DNA from: Verrucomicrobiota bacterium | GTDB lineage: Bacteria; Verrucomicrobiota; Kiritimatiellia; CAIQIC01; Lenti-01 | Direction of reading: 5' to 3' | Assembly: GCA_022709625.1 (NCBI GenBank) | Contig: JAKLIL010000001.1 | Coordinates: 1-28,392 of the forward strand | DNA length: 28,392 nt | Shown: positions 8,693 to 17,902 of the stretch, one piece after another | Layout of the letters: each line of letters opens with the position of its first letter | Numbering within the stretch: the first letter of the stretch is position 1 | Notes under the pieces: model-generated | Seen by the model: only the letters and a program-made list of their open reading frames with translations | What the model was told of the DNA's origin: nothing | Database searches by the model: none | Position numbers and translations under genes: made by a program

Positions 8693-11600
8693 ATGGCGCT
8701 GAACGTTAGCTGGGGCAACGCGCTGGAAACGTTGGCGGACGATTTGTTCGCCAAACTCGCCGAGCAACCGGCCAATTCGCCCATGGAGGTATTCGCCAAG
8801 CGCGACTGCATCGTGGTGCCCAACCGCGTCCAGCAGGCTTGGCTGCAGCAGCGTTTCCTCTACGACTTGGACCGGTCCGCCGCGCCCGTGCCCCACGTGT
8901 TGGCGAACTGCGATTTTCCGCTGCTGAACCTCTTCGTCAACGATTGGCTCTACCGCATGGACCCGCGGGAGGCCGGCGCCGCGCGGCCCGATCCCGAACA
9001 GCATCCGTTCTCCGTCAAAAGCCTGCGCTGGCGTATCTACGAGGTGCTCCGCCACGGCGCCCCCGACGTCGATTTCACCCCGCTCGAACGCTACGTCGCT
9101 GCCGGCGACAAACGCGATCCGCGCAAGTGTTTCAAGCTGGCCGGCCGCTTGGCCAAGCTGCTGGACGAATACCAGACCTACCGGCCCGAAATGATGGCGG
9201 CATGGGCCGCAAAAGGCAACGCGCCCAGCGATGAAACAACCGCGTGGGAACCGGCCCTCTGGCGCAATCTGGTGCAGGGCCGGGAAGACCAAACCTGTTT
9301 GGCCGCTTTCCGGAACATGAAGGCTCAACTTCGGTCGTGCGGCATCGCCAACGCGTATCGCCGGGTTTTCGTTTTCGCGCCAGCGATGCTGCCGCCGGCG
9401 CATCTGGAATTCTTTCGCCTCCTGGGCGAATTCATGGACGTGGATTTCTACCTGTTCAACCCGTCCCGCGAAGACTGGTTCGACCGCGACACGCTGACAA
9501 AGCGGCTGACGGGCGCCGGCCTGCAGGAGCGCCCCGGCGACACCGGCGACTGGCTCGCCGTTCTGCACCCCTTGCTGGGAGCCTATGGCCGGGGCGCGCG
9601 CGATCTGGTGGCGGGCGCGCTGGACCTGACCGGAGGCCAGATCGCGGACACGTTTGTCCGGCCTGCGGACGATTCGCTCCTGCACGCGCTCCAGCGTTCG
9701 CTGGTGGAGTGCGACGGCACCATGGACCGCAAACCGCTGGCCGCCGACGGGTCGATCCAACTCCATCTTTGCCACGGCAAAATGCGCGAGGTGGAAATCC
9801 TGCGCGACCAATTGCTGAAGTGCTGGGACGATTTCCCAGACTTGCAGCCCCGGCATGTCCAGGTGCAAGTGGCCGATCTCGATGCCTACGCGCCGTACAT
9901 CGAGGCCGTGTTTTCCGCCGCCCATCCCAACGCCCCGGACGCCATTCCGTTCGCGATCGCCGACCGCGTGGCGGCGGGAGAAAGCCGGGCGGCCCAGGCC
10001 TTCCGGCAACTGCTCGAACTGGCCGACAGCCGCTTTACCGCCCCGCAACTGCTGGAACTGCTGCATTGCGACGACGTCGCGCGCCGGTTTGGTTTCGAGC
10101 CCGACAAGGTGGTCGCCGCCGCCCGCTGGCTTGGCCCCGCCGGTGTCCGCTGGGGCCGGGATCGCCAACACCGGGCAGACGTTTCGGGGGCGGATTTCAC
10201 GGAAGAAACCTCTTGGCGCCACGGACTGGATCGGCTGCTCCTTGGCTACGCCATGGGCCGGGAGCCCGCCCCCGCCCAGCCTGCCGGAGTGGTTCCCTGC
10301 GATCGCGTCGAAGGCGACGCGGCCGTCCTGCTGGGCCGTTTGGCTCGGTTCTACGACATGCTGGTCGATTTCGTCAAATATGCCGGGACGCTTCACGCCC
10401 CGGCAGATTGGGCCAAACGGCTTGAAACGCTGGTGGACGATTTCTTCGTCAGCGACAACGATACCTATCGCGACCTCGGCATCCTCAAAAGCGCCATTCG
10501 CCTGCTGCGCGACAGCGCCGACACCGCCGGTTTCAATCAGTCCGTTCCCCTGGCCGTCGTGCGGGATTTCCTGACGGGGCACTTGGGCGAAACCGCGGGC
10601 GGCACCGACCTCGACCGCAACGCGGTCGTCTTCAGCTCGCTGCGCCCCGGCAGCAGCGCGCCCCGGCGGGTCCAATGCCTGCTCGGCATGGGCGACGGCC
10701 TGTTTCCCCGCGCTGAAAACCGCCCCGCCTACGACTTGCTGCGCGGCGCCCGCAAAATGGGCGACCGCTCCCCCGCCATCGAGGACCGGTTGGCCTTCCT
10801 CGAAGTCCTCCTGAACGCCCGCGCGCGCTTGCTGATTTTCTATCCGGCGTTTTCCGAGGAGGACAATTCCCCCGCTTGCGAATCGGTGGCCGTGCGGGAG
10901 CTGGCCGAATATCTCGACCGACGCTTCGACCTGTCGCGTTCGTTCGCCGGCCCGCCGTTCAGGGTCGTGCACCGCCTGCAGGCGTGGCACCCCGCCTATT
11001 TCGGCTGGGAACGCGACGTCCATCCCGGTCTGTTTTCCTATTCGCAGAGCGACGGCGCCACCGCCCAAGCCCTCTGCGCGGGCCCAGCGGAAACACCGGC
11101 GGCGCCGGCGGGGCCGCCGCCGCCGGCGGCGATCTCGCTGGAAATCGGGGAACTTGTCCGGTTTTTCGAAAATCCCGCGCGGCATTATTTCCGCCGCGTC
11201 CTGGGCGCGGAGCCGGAACCGAATCCCGAGGACTTGCCGGCGGACACCGAAACGTTCGAGCCGGGCAGTTTGGAAAAATGGGAAATCCGCAACCGGCTGC
11301 TCGAATCGCTTGCCAAGGGCGAAGCGCCGGCGGCCCGGGAGCGCTTATTGCGCGAATTCATGGCCAACGGCACGGCGCCCTTGGGCCAATGGGGCATGAA
11401 ATGGTGGGCGGATTTGGAGCGCGACGCGCAGGCCCTGCTCGCCCGGGAACTGCCGCGCCTGGACACGCTGGGCGCAGCCCTGCGCGCCCGCGCCGCCGCG
11501 CCGCCGCGCGAGTGGTCGGTCAACCTCGCCGTGGACGGCATCCCGGTCGCCTTGCGGGGCGCGGCGCCATGGCCGGGTGAAAACCTTCTCTTCGATTTCC

Positions 11601-12064
11601 ATTGCTCCGACTTCAAGGCGCGCCGGCTGCTTGCCGCGTGGCTGCTCCACTTGCTTGCCAACGCCGCGGGCGACCAACCGGAGTCGCTCCACGTCCAAGG
11701 CGGCAAAAAACCGCAACTCTTCAAGTTCCGCCCGCTGGCAGCCGGCGCGGCCAAGGATTTGCTGGCCGATTATCTGCGCGTGTATTTGTTCCAGTCGGCG
11801 CCACCGCCGCCCTACACCCCGGAAACCGCGTGGGCCTACGTGAAGGAATTGGCCGGCAACGATGCCAATGGTCTCGCCGCGCTGGCCAAGGCCCGCGCGA
11901 CCTGGATCCCCGACCCATGGTCGCGCAAGGACGGCCTCGATTCCTACTTCGTGGCGGTCTTTGGCGCGCATGGCCCTTTCGCCGACGAAGCGGCTTTCGC
12001 AACCCTGGCCGGGCGCATCATGGGCCCCGCGTGGCGGAACTGGCGGGAAGGGGGCGGGCCGTGA
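8693..12064 (+). CDS. recC: Exodeoxyribonuclease V gamma subunit
   Basis: Begins MALNVSWGNALETL; motifs ANCDFP, DEYQTYRP, LHLCHGKMREVEIL, YIEAVF, DRLAFLEVLLNAR and FFENPAR; first gene of a translationally coupled recC-recB-recD unit. Confidence 0.93.
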   Translation: MALNVSWGNALETLADDLFAKLAEQPANSPMEVFAKRDCIVVPNRVQQAWLQQRFLYDLDRSAAPVPHVLANCDFPLLNLFVNDWLYRMDPREAGAARPDPEQHPFSVKSLRWRIYEVLRHGAPDVDFTPLERYVAAGDKRDPRKCFKLAGRLAKLLDEYQTYRPEMMAAWAAKGNAPSDETTAWEPALWRNLVQGREDQTCLAAFRNMKAQLRSCGIANAYRRVFVFAPAMLPPAHLEFFRLLGEFMDVDFYLFNPSREDWFDRDTLTKRLTGAGLQERPGDTGDWLAVLHPLLGAYGRGARDLVAGALDLTGGQIADTFVRPADDSLLHALQRSLVECDGTMDRKPLAADGSIQLHLCHGKMREVEILRDQLLKCWDDFPDLQPRHVQVQVADLDAYAPYIEAVFSAAHPNAPDAIPFAIADRVAAGESRAAQAFRQLLELADSRFTAPQLLELLHCDDVARRFGFEPDKVVAAARWLGPAGVRWGRDRQHRADVSGADFTEETSWRHGLDRLLLGYAMGREPAPAQPAGVVPCDRVEGDAAVLLGRLARFYDMLVDFVKYAGTLHAPADWAKRLETLVDDFFVSDNDTYRDLGILKSAIRLLRDSADTAGFNQSVPLAVVRDFLTGHLGETAGGTDLDRNAVVFSSLRPGSSAPRRVQCLLGMGDGLFPRAENRPAYDLLRGARKMGDRSPAIEDRLAFLEVLLNARARLLIFYPAFSEEDNSPACESVAVRELAEYLDRRFDLSRSFAGPPFRVVHRLQAWHPAYFGWERDVHPGLFSYSQSDGATAQALCAGPAETPAAPAGPPPPAAISLEIGELVRFFENPARHYFRRVLGAEPEPNPEDLPADTETFEPGSLEKWEIRNRLLESLAKGEAPAARERLLREFMANGTAPLGQWGMKWWADLERDAQALLARELPRLDTLGAALRARAAAPPREWSVNLAVDGIPVALRGAAPWPGENLLFDFHCSDFKARRLLAAWLLHLLANAAGDQPESLHVQGGKKPQLFKFRPLAAGAAKDLLADYLRVYLFQSAPPPPYTPETAWAYVKELAGNDANGLAALAKARATWIPDPWSRKDGLDSYFVAVFGAHGPFADEAAFATLAGRIMGPAWRNWREGGGP

Positions 12065-15000
12065 GCGCGTTTTCCCGCGCCGTCTTCGGGTCCGGCCTCG
12101 ACCTCGCACACCCCCTGCTGGTCGAAGCCAGCGCGGGCACCGGCAAAACCTACAACGTCCAAAACGTCTACCTGCGGCTCATCCTGCAGGCGGGCCTGAC
12201 GGTGCGGCAAATCCTTGTGGTGACGTTCACCAATGCCGCCACGCGCGAACTGCGCGAACGCCTGCGAACGGTCCTGCTCCACTGCCGCCGCGAATTGGAA
12301 GCGTTGGCGGCCGGCCAACCGGTCACCGGACACCCGCGCATCCACGCCGCCATTCAACTCGCCCGCGCCGATTCCGACAGCGATGCGGACACGCTTCGCC
12401 GGCGCATTCAACTCGCGTTGATGGATTTCGACGGCGCGGCCATTTTCACGATCCACGGCTTCTGCAAGCGGGTGCTGGAACGCTACGCCTTCGAATGCGG
12501 CCACGACCCCGACGCCGAACTCATGCCCGAACAAAGCGGCATCGTTCGCGAAGCCTGCCAAGACTGGTGGCGGAAGCACGCCTATGGCGCCGGATCCGGT
12601 TCGGTTCCGTTCCAGTCGCCGGGCGAACTGTTCGACTTGGTCTCCACGGCCTACCGCAATCCCATTGCCAAGCTGAAAGGCTCGGCCTTGCCGGCCGGCA
12701 TCGACTTTGGGCCGTTCATCTCCGCTTGCCAAACCACGTGGCGCGAATTGGAATCGTTGAAGGGCAAAATCGAATGGATCGGCGGGGGCCGGCTCAGCCG
12801 GGCCAAGAAAAACACGGCCGACGCCACCCCCATCGCCAAATGGGCCGCGCAAGCGGATGCCGACCCGGCCGCGCTCCGGCCCGGCGGCGCCGGTGCAGAC
12901 GCGCCGCCCTTGCTTGCCGCCCTGGCCGACGTGCTGGCCGTTGCCCGCGCCCTGCCCGCAGCAGGCGACGCCGCGCCATTCGCCCGGCACCTGAAAACCA
13001 TCGCCGAATCCGCGCCCGCCTACGCGGTTTTGACCCAGAAGGCCCGGGTCGCGCGCGATCTGGCCGACGCCGTCCGCAACCGCATCCGGGACCGTGCGGC
13101 GCTGACCTACGAGGCCATGCTTGTCAACGTGCGCGAAGTGCTGCAAGACCCCACCGATGGCCCACGCCTGCGCCTGTTGCTCCGCGCGGAATTCCGGGCT
13201 GCGCTCATCGACGAATTCCAGGACACGGATCCGGTACAATACGATATTTTCCGCGCGCTCTTCGCCTCGGAGCCAAACGCCCGGGAAGAACGGTTGCCGC
13301 TGGTGTTCGTCGGCGACCCCAAACAGGCCATCTACGGCTTCCGCGGCGGCGACGTCTTCACCTATTACCAGGCGAAAGCCCACATCCCGCCCGCCAACCG
13401 CCACACGCTCGGCGAAAATTTCCGCTCCGAAGCCCACCTTGTCGCGGCCATCAACGAAATTTTCCGGGACGACGCGGGCGGGCACCCCACCTTCCTGAAT
13501 CCCAACGTGCCCTATGCGCAGGATTTGGCCGCCCACGACGTCGACGGCCAAACCGCATTGCTCGTCGACGGAATCCGCGACGCCCACCCGCTCAAGATTT
13601 GGCGGCTGCCGACAGACCCGAAAGTAGATTATGCCGGGCCCGTTGCCCGGGAAGTCGTCCGCCTTCTGTCCGCCCCCAACCTGACCATCGGCGGCGCCAG
13701 CGTCCGGCCGGGCCAGATCGCGGTCCTCGTCATGCGGCACCGGGAGGCCGCGCAAATCCAGCAGGCGCTGCTGGCGGCCGGCGTGAACGCCGTCCGCCAG
13801 TCCACCGGCAGCGTGTTCGATGCCGTCGACGCCCCGCGGCTGGCGCTGGCGATGCAGGCCATGCTGGAACCGGGCCGGGCCCAGGTTGTCCGCAGCGCGT
13901 TGGCATCCGGCCTAGTGCCCTGTCCGTGGGCGCAACTGGCCCGCTTCAAGGCCGAAGAAGAAGCGCCCGCCGCGCCGCCGCCGGCAACCGCCGTGAATTC
14001 GCCCGGGCAGCCCGGCGAATTCGAGGACTGGATCGACGTCTTCCGCGAAGCCGGACTCCGCTGGAAAAAATTCTCATTCGTGGACAGCTTCCGGCATGTC
14101 TGCACCCGGCTGCGCATTCCGGAACACCTGGCGCGGCAGCCCGACGGCGGCCGGCGGCTGTCCGACCTGCGGCATTTGGCGGAGTTGGCCCATCAGGCCG
14201 CCCGCGCCATGCGCCTCGGGCCCGTCGCGCTGCTGGGCTGGTTCACCCGGCAACTCGACCCGGCCCGGCGGGACGCCGCCGGCGACGACGACGACGCCAA
14301 GCCGCGCATCGCGGACGACGACGATGCCGTCCAGATCATGACGGTCTACAAAAGCAAGGGGCTCCAATTTCCCATCGTGTTTGCACCGACGCTCTGGACC
14401 AACAAATCCGAAGCCAAGCACGGCGGCGATCCAATTCTAAAATACCACGAAAACGACCAGCCGGTGCTGGATTTGGATTTGGAATCCCCAGCCGGCCAGA
14501 AAGCCGCCAAGGCGGAAAACCACGAGGAGAACATCCGCAAGACCTACGTCGCGCTGACCCGCGCCATCAACCGGGCGTATCTGTTCGAAGCGGATGGGCA
14601 GGCGGAGCCCGGAGATTATGCCGTCGCCCACTTGTTGCAACGGTTTCCCATCCCCGGCCCCGGGGCTGTCGTCCAGTCAGGACACGTCTTGCGTCAATTC
14701 GTGCCCGCCGATTTGCCGAGCACTCCTTGGACGAGCCCGTTGAAACCGGATCCCGAATCGCTCCAAGCCCGCAAGCCGACGCAGGCCGTGGACAACCAGC
14801 ATGGCCAGGCCAGTTTTTCCGCCCTCGCCCCGGAGGGTGCCGCCCGTCAGGTTGTCGCGGCCGGGCGCGACGTGGATGGCGACACCGCGGCGACGCCCAA
14901 GACGGACGAAGATCCCGCCGACCCGATCTTCGCGATTCCGGGCGGCGCCAAGGTCGGCGAATGCTGGCACGAAATTTTCGAGCACGTCGATTTTCCGGAC

Positions 15001-15729
15001 GTGGCGCACAATCCCGCCGCCGTCCGCCAAATCGTCGATCACACCTTGGACAAATACCGGATTTGCCCGGAACCGCGGGACGTTTTGCCGGGCGATGTCC
15101 GCGCCGCCATGCGGGCGCGCCGCGCGGCGGTGCACGGCATGGTGGCAAAGACGCTTTCCGTTCCGCTCCGGGAAGATCCCACCGCCCCGCCGTTCGCGCT
15201 GCGCGACGTGCCGCGCTCTGCGCGCCGCTCGGAAATGGAATTCCAATTTTCCCTGCAACGGACCGCGGCCGAAACTCTCGGCGGACTGGCCGCCGTCTTG
15301 GACGCGCATTGGCACGGCCCGGCCCGCGACGACGGATTCATCGCGGACCTCGAATCCCAGACCCGGGAGATTCCCCAAGGCTTCATGACCGGCTTCATCG
15401 ACTTGGTCTTTCGGCACGGCGAACGCTTTTATCTCGTGGACTGGAAATCCAATCGGCTCAACGGCCGGCCGGACGACTTCGCTCGCGTCGGCCTCGCCGC
15501 GGAAATGCGGGCGCATGCCTATTACCTGCAATACCTGATCTACGTGGCCGCGATCCACGGGTTCCTGGCGCGGCATCTGGCCAACTACGACTACGACCGG
15601 CATTTCGGCGGCGTGTTTTATCTTTTCCTGCGCGGCATCGACGGCCATTCGGGCAACGGCGTTTTTGCCGACCGACCGGCCAAGGCCTTGGTCGCAGCGT
15701 TGGCGGATTTTCTGGGGAGACGGCCATGA
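12061..15729 (+). CDS. recB: Exodeoxyribonuclease V beta subunit (3'-5' helicase-nuclease)
   Basis: GTG start overlaps the recC TGA. Motifs EASAGTGKT, LIDEFQDTD, VGDPKQAIY, NFRS, YVALTRA; nuclease GFIDLVF...VDWKSN. Confidence 0.95.
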   Translation: MSAFSRAVFGSGLDLAHPLLVEASAGTGKTYNVQNVYLRLILQAGLTVRQILVVTFTNAATRELRERLRTVLLHCRRELEALAAGQPVTGHPRIHAAIQLARADSDSDADTLRRRIQLALMDFDGAAIFTIHGFCKRVLERYAFECGHDPDAELMPEQSGIVREACQDWWRKHAYGAGSGSVPFQSPGELFDLVSTAYRNPIAKLKGSALPAGIDFGPFISACQTTWRELESLKGKIEWIGGGRLSRAKKNTADATPIAKWAAQADADPAALRPGGAGADAPPLLAALADVLAVARALPAAGDAAPFARHLKTIAESAPAYAVLTQKARVARDLADAVRNRIRDRAALTYEAMLVNVREVLQDPTDGPRLRLLLRAEFRAALIDEFQDTDPVQYDIFRALFASEPNAREERLPLVFVGDPKQAIYGFRGGDVFTYYQAKAHIPPANRHTLGENFRSEAHLVAAINEIFRDDAGGHPTFLNPNVPYAQDLAAHDVDGQTALLVDGIRDAHPLKIWRLPTDPKVDYAGPVAREVVRLLSAPNLTIGGASVRPGQIAVLVMRHREAAQIQQALLAAGVNAVRQSTGSVFDAVDAPRLALAMQAMLEPGRAQVVRSALASGLVPCPWAQLARFKAEEEAPAAPPPATAVNSPGQPGEFEDWIDVFREAGLRWKKFSFVDSFRHVCTRLRIPEHLARQPDGGRRLSDLRHLAELAHQAARAMRLGPVALLGWFTRQLDPARRDAAGDDDDAKPRIADDDDAVQIMTVYKSKGLQFPIVFAPTLWTNKSEAKHGGDPILKYHENDQPVLDLDLESPAGQKAAKAENHEENIRKTYVALTRAINRAYLFEADGQAEPGDYAVAHLLQRFPIPGPGAVVQSGHVLRQFVPADLPSTPWTSPLKPDPESLQARKPTQAVDNQHGQASFSALAPEGAARQVVAAGRDVDGDTAATPKTDEDPADPIFAIPGGAKVGECWHEIFEHVDFPDVAHNPAAVRQIVDHTLDKYRICPEPRDVLPGDVRAAMRARRAAVHGMVAKTLSVPLREDPTAPPFALRDVPRSARRSEMEFQFSLQRTAAETLGGLAAVLDAHWHGPARDDGFIADLESQTREIPQGFMTGFIDLVFRHGERFYLVDWKSNRLNGRPDDFARVGLAAEMRAHAYYLQYLIYVAAIHGFLARHLANYDYDRHFGGVFYLFLRGIDGHSGNGVFADRPAKALVAALADFLGRRP

Positions 15730-17597
15730 CCGCCGGCGCCGCGCCGCGCCTGGCGGCAACGATGCCTGCGTTCTACGAGGCGGGCCTGCTGCGGGATCTC
15801 GACGTGCAAACCGTCTCGGCGCTGGTACGGATATTCTGCGGAGCGTCCCCGCCCGCCCCCGAAATCCAAATCCTCCTCGCCCTGGCCATCGGCGCGACCG
15901 GCGCCGGCCACGCGTGCCTCGACTTGAACCGGCCGGACTGGCGGCAACTGCAACGCGTCCGGCACGACGACGAGCCTACCGATTCCGCCAGCCGCACCGC
16001 GCTGTTGGCCCGTTTGCCCGCTCCGCCGGCCGTCCACGCCTTGCTGTCCGCCGCCGCGCCGTTGGTCGGCGACGGCGCAGCGGACCGGCCCTTCGTATTG
16101 GCGGCGGGCCGCCTCTACCTGCGCCGCTTCTGGAACTACGAAAACCAAGTCGCCCGCCAATTGCGGCGCATGGCCCAAACGCCGGACCAGGCCGTCCCTT
16201 CCGAAATTCTCGCGGCCGTCGATGCGCTCGTTTTACGCAAACCGGGCTCCGGCGGCGCGCCCTTGAAACTGGCCCCCGCCCAGGCGGAAGCCGTCCGCAG
16301 GGGTCTGCGGGGGCAATTGACCATCGTTACCGGCGGCCCGGGCACCGGCAAAACCACAGCGGCTGCGATTCTCCTGCAATTGCTGGCGCGCGAGACAACG
16401 CCGGGCCAGCCGCTCCGCGTCCGCCTGGCCGCGCCCACCGGCAAGGCCGCCGCCCGCCTCGATGAAAGCGTGCGCGGCGAAATCGGCGCGCTGGGCGCCG
16501 CGCTCGATTTGAAACCCGCCGCCACCCTCGACCGCCTCCTGAAGCCCCGTCGAGATTCCCCCTATTTCCAACACGACCGCGACCATCCCCTGCCCGCCGA
16601 CATCGTCGTCGTGGACGAAGCCAGCATGATCGATCTGCCTAAAATGGCGAAACTGCTGGACGCGCTGGGAACCCAAACCCGCCTCGTCTTGCTGGGCGAC
16701 AAGAACCAACTGGCCTCCGTCGAACCCGGCAGCGTCATGGCCGAAATCTGCGATGCGCGGACGCTGCAGCCCTGCCTCGTCGAACTGACCGAAAGCAAGC
16801 GCTTCGGCGACGCGTCCGTCGTCAAACTCCTCGCCGCGGCCGTCAACGACATGCGGTCCGACGAGGCTTGGCGAATCGCGTTGTCCGGCGCCGACGAGCG
16901 GCAAATCGTTGTGCGCGATTCCGGCCGCTTCGGTCGCAAGGAACCGCCGGCCGAATTCGCCGCCGAAATCAAACTGCGCTATGCAGCGTTCCGCAACGCC
17001 CAAACCCCGGCGGATGCTTTCCGGGCGCTGGCGCAATTCCGCGTGCTCTGCGCGCTGCGCCGGGGCCCAACCGGCGCGGACCGCATCAATGCCGCCATCG
17101 AAGACGTGTTGTTCCCCCACCGCCGGGGCGAATTCTACGACCACCGGGTGATTCTGGTGAACAAGAACGATTACGAAATCCATCTGTACAACGGCGACGT
17201 CGGCGTCGTGCTGCCGGATCCCGAACGCGGCGGCAGCCTGGCCGCGTTTTTCGAAGGCCGGCCGCGCTCCGTCCCCTGCCGCCTCCTGCCCGAACACGAA
17301 ACCGCCTTTGCGCTGACCGTCCACAAGGCGCAGGGGTCGGGTTTTGGCCGCGTGGCGGTGCTGCTGCCCGACCGCGACAGCCCCATCCTGACGCGCGAAC
17401 TCATCTATACGGCGATCACCCGCACCGAAACGGGCGTGGAACTCTGGTGCGAAGAACAAGCCTTCAAGGCCGGCGTGGCGAAGCGCACCGAACGCAGCAT
17501 GGGCCTCAAAGACCAACTCGATGAACCGCCTTGGGCGGACGCCCCCCCCGGAAGCAAAAAAACCGGCGGCGTGACCGGCCGGGGACTCAACTGGTGA
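15726..17597 (+). CDS. recD: Exodeoxyribonuclease V alpha subunit (5'-3' helicase)
   Basis: ATGA overlap with recB. Motifs LYLRRFW, TGGPGTGKT, AAPTGKAA, VVDEASMID, LGDKNQL, NGDVG and LIYTAITR; 3' part of ORF 11862..17597. Confidence 0.95.
   Translation: MTAGAAPRLAATMPAFYEAGLLRDLDVQTVSALVRIFCGASPPAPEIQILLALAIGATGAGHACLDLNRPDWRQLQRVRHDDEPTDSASRTALLARLPAPPAVHALLSAAAPLVGDGAADRPFVLAAGRLYLRRFWNYENQVARQLRRMAQTPDQAVPSEILAAVDALVLRKPGSGGAPLKLAPAQAEAVRRGLRGQLTIVTGGPGTGKTTAAAILLQLLARETTPGQPLRVRLAAPTGKAAARLDESVRGEIGALGAALDLKPAATLDRLLKPRRDSPYFQHDRDHPLPADIVVVDEASMIDLPKMAKLLDALGTQTRLVLLGDKNQLASVEPGSVMAEICDARTLQPCLVELTESKRFGDASVVKLLAAAVNDMRSDEAWRIALSGADERQIVVRDSGRFGRKEPPAEFAAEIKLRYAAFRNAQTPADAFRALAQFRVLCALRRGPTGADRINAAIEDVLFPHRRGEFYDHRVILVNKNDYEIHLYNGDVGVVLPDPERGGSLAAFFEGRPRSVPCRLLPEHETAFALTVHKAQGSGFGRVAVLLPDRDSPILTRELIYTAITRTETGVELWCEEQAFKAGVAKRTERSMGLKDQLDEPPWADAPPGSKKTGGVTGRGLNW
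17556..17582 (-). terminator. Intrinsic terminator of tRNA-Lys, lying antisense within the recD 3' end
   Basis: Minus strand CCGGC...GCCGG stem followed by T7, starting 9 nt after the tRNA CCA. Confidence 0.6.
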
Positions 17598-17667
17598 GAC
17601 GGGCGGGGATCGAACCCGCGACCACAAGCTTAAAAGGCTCGTGCTCTACCGACTGAGCTACCGTCCC
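17592..17667 (-). tRNA. tRNA-Lys (anticodon UUU), CCA encoded
   Basis: GGGACGG-TA-GCTC-AGTCGGTA-GAGC-A-CGAGC-CT-TTT-AA-GCTTG-TGGTC-GCGGG-TTCGATC-CCCGC-CCGTCTC-A-CCA; 76 nt, full cloverleaf. Confidence 0.98.
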
Positions 17668-17902
17668 TCCAACGTGTTTGCAGCGCGCAAATCTGCGGGC
17701 GTTTTTACGCTACCCCATCCGCCCCGACAAGCAAAAATCCATTTTCCGCGCACCGGCGGGACCTCCGGACCTCGGGACGACGGTTTGCATTCCCTTTGTT
17801 TCCTGCTTCAGGTTGCCGGCCGTCCATTTCGACATTGGATAGGGCCCTCTTTCCGCCTCCGCTATTGCGACGACGTTCGATTGGGTGTATCAAACTGCCC
17901 GC

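Noticed and set aside
8297-11185. 962-aa antisense ORF, plus other long antisense ORFs (5070..6854, 6951..8588, 11944..13755, 26236..27996)
   Set aside because: Shadow ORFs opposite well-supported genes in GC-rich DNA; no recognisable motifs.
11862-15725. Stop-free alternative frame across all of recB (upstream part of the 1911-aa ORF); similar frames overlap arcC, the M24 peptidase and dnaA
   Set aside because: The same -1 frame is open over several unrelated genes and the translations are low-complexity Arg/Pro/Gly. Rare T at codon position 3, seldom followed by GA/AA/AG in the lines I sampled, explains this without dual coding.
8693-17597. recCBD block as an island integrated at the tRNA-Lys 3' end
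   Set aside because: No integrase, no duplicated tRNA 3' fragment found by eye, and codon style resembles neighbouring core genes.
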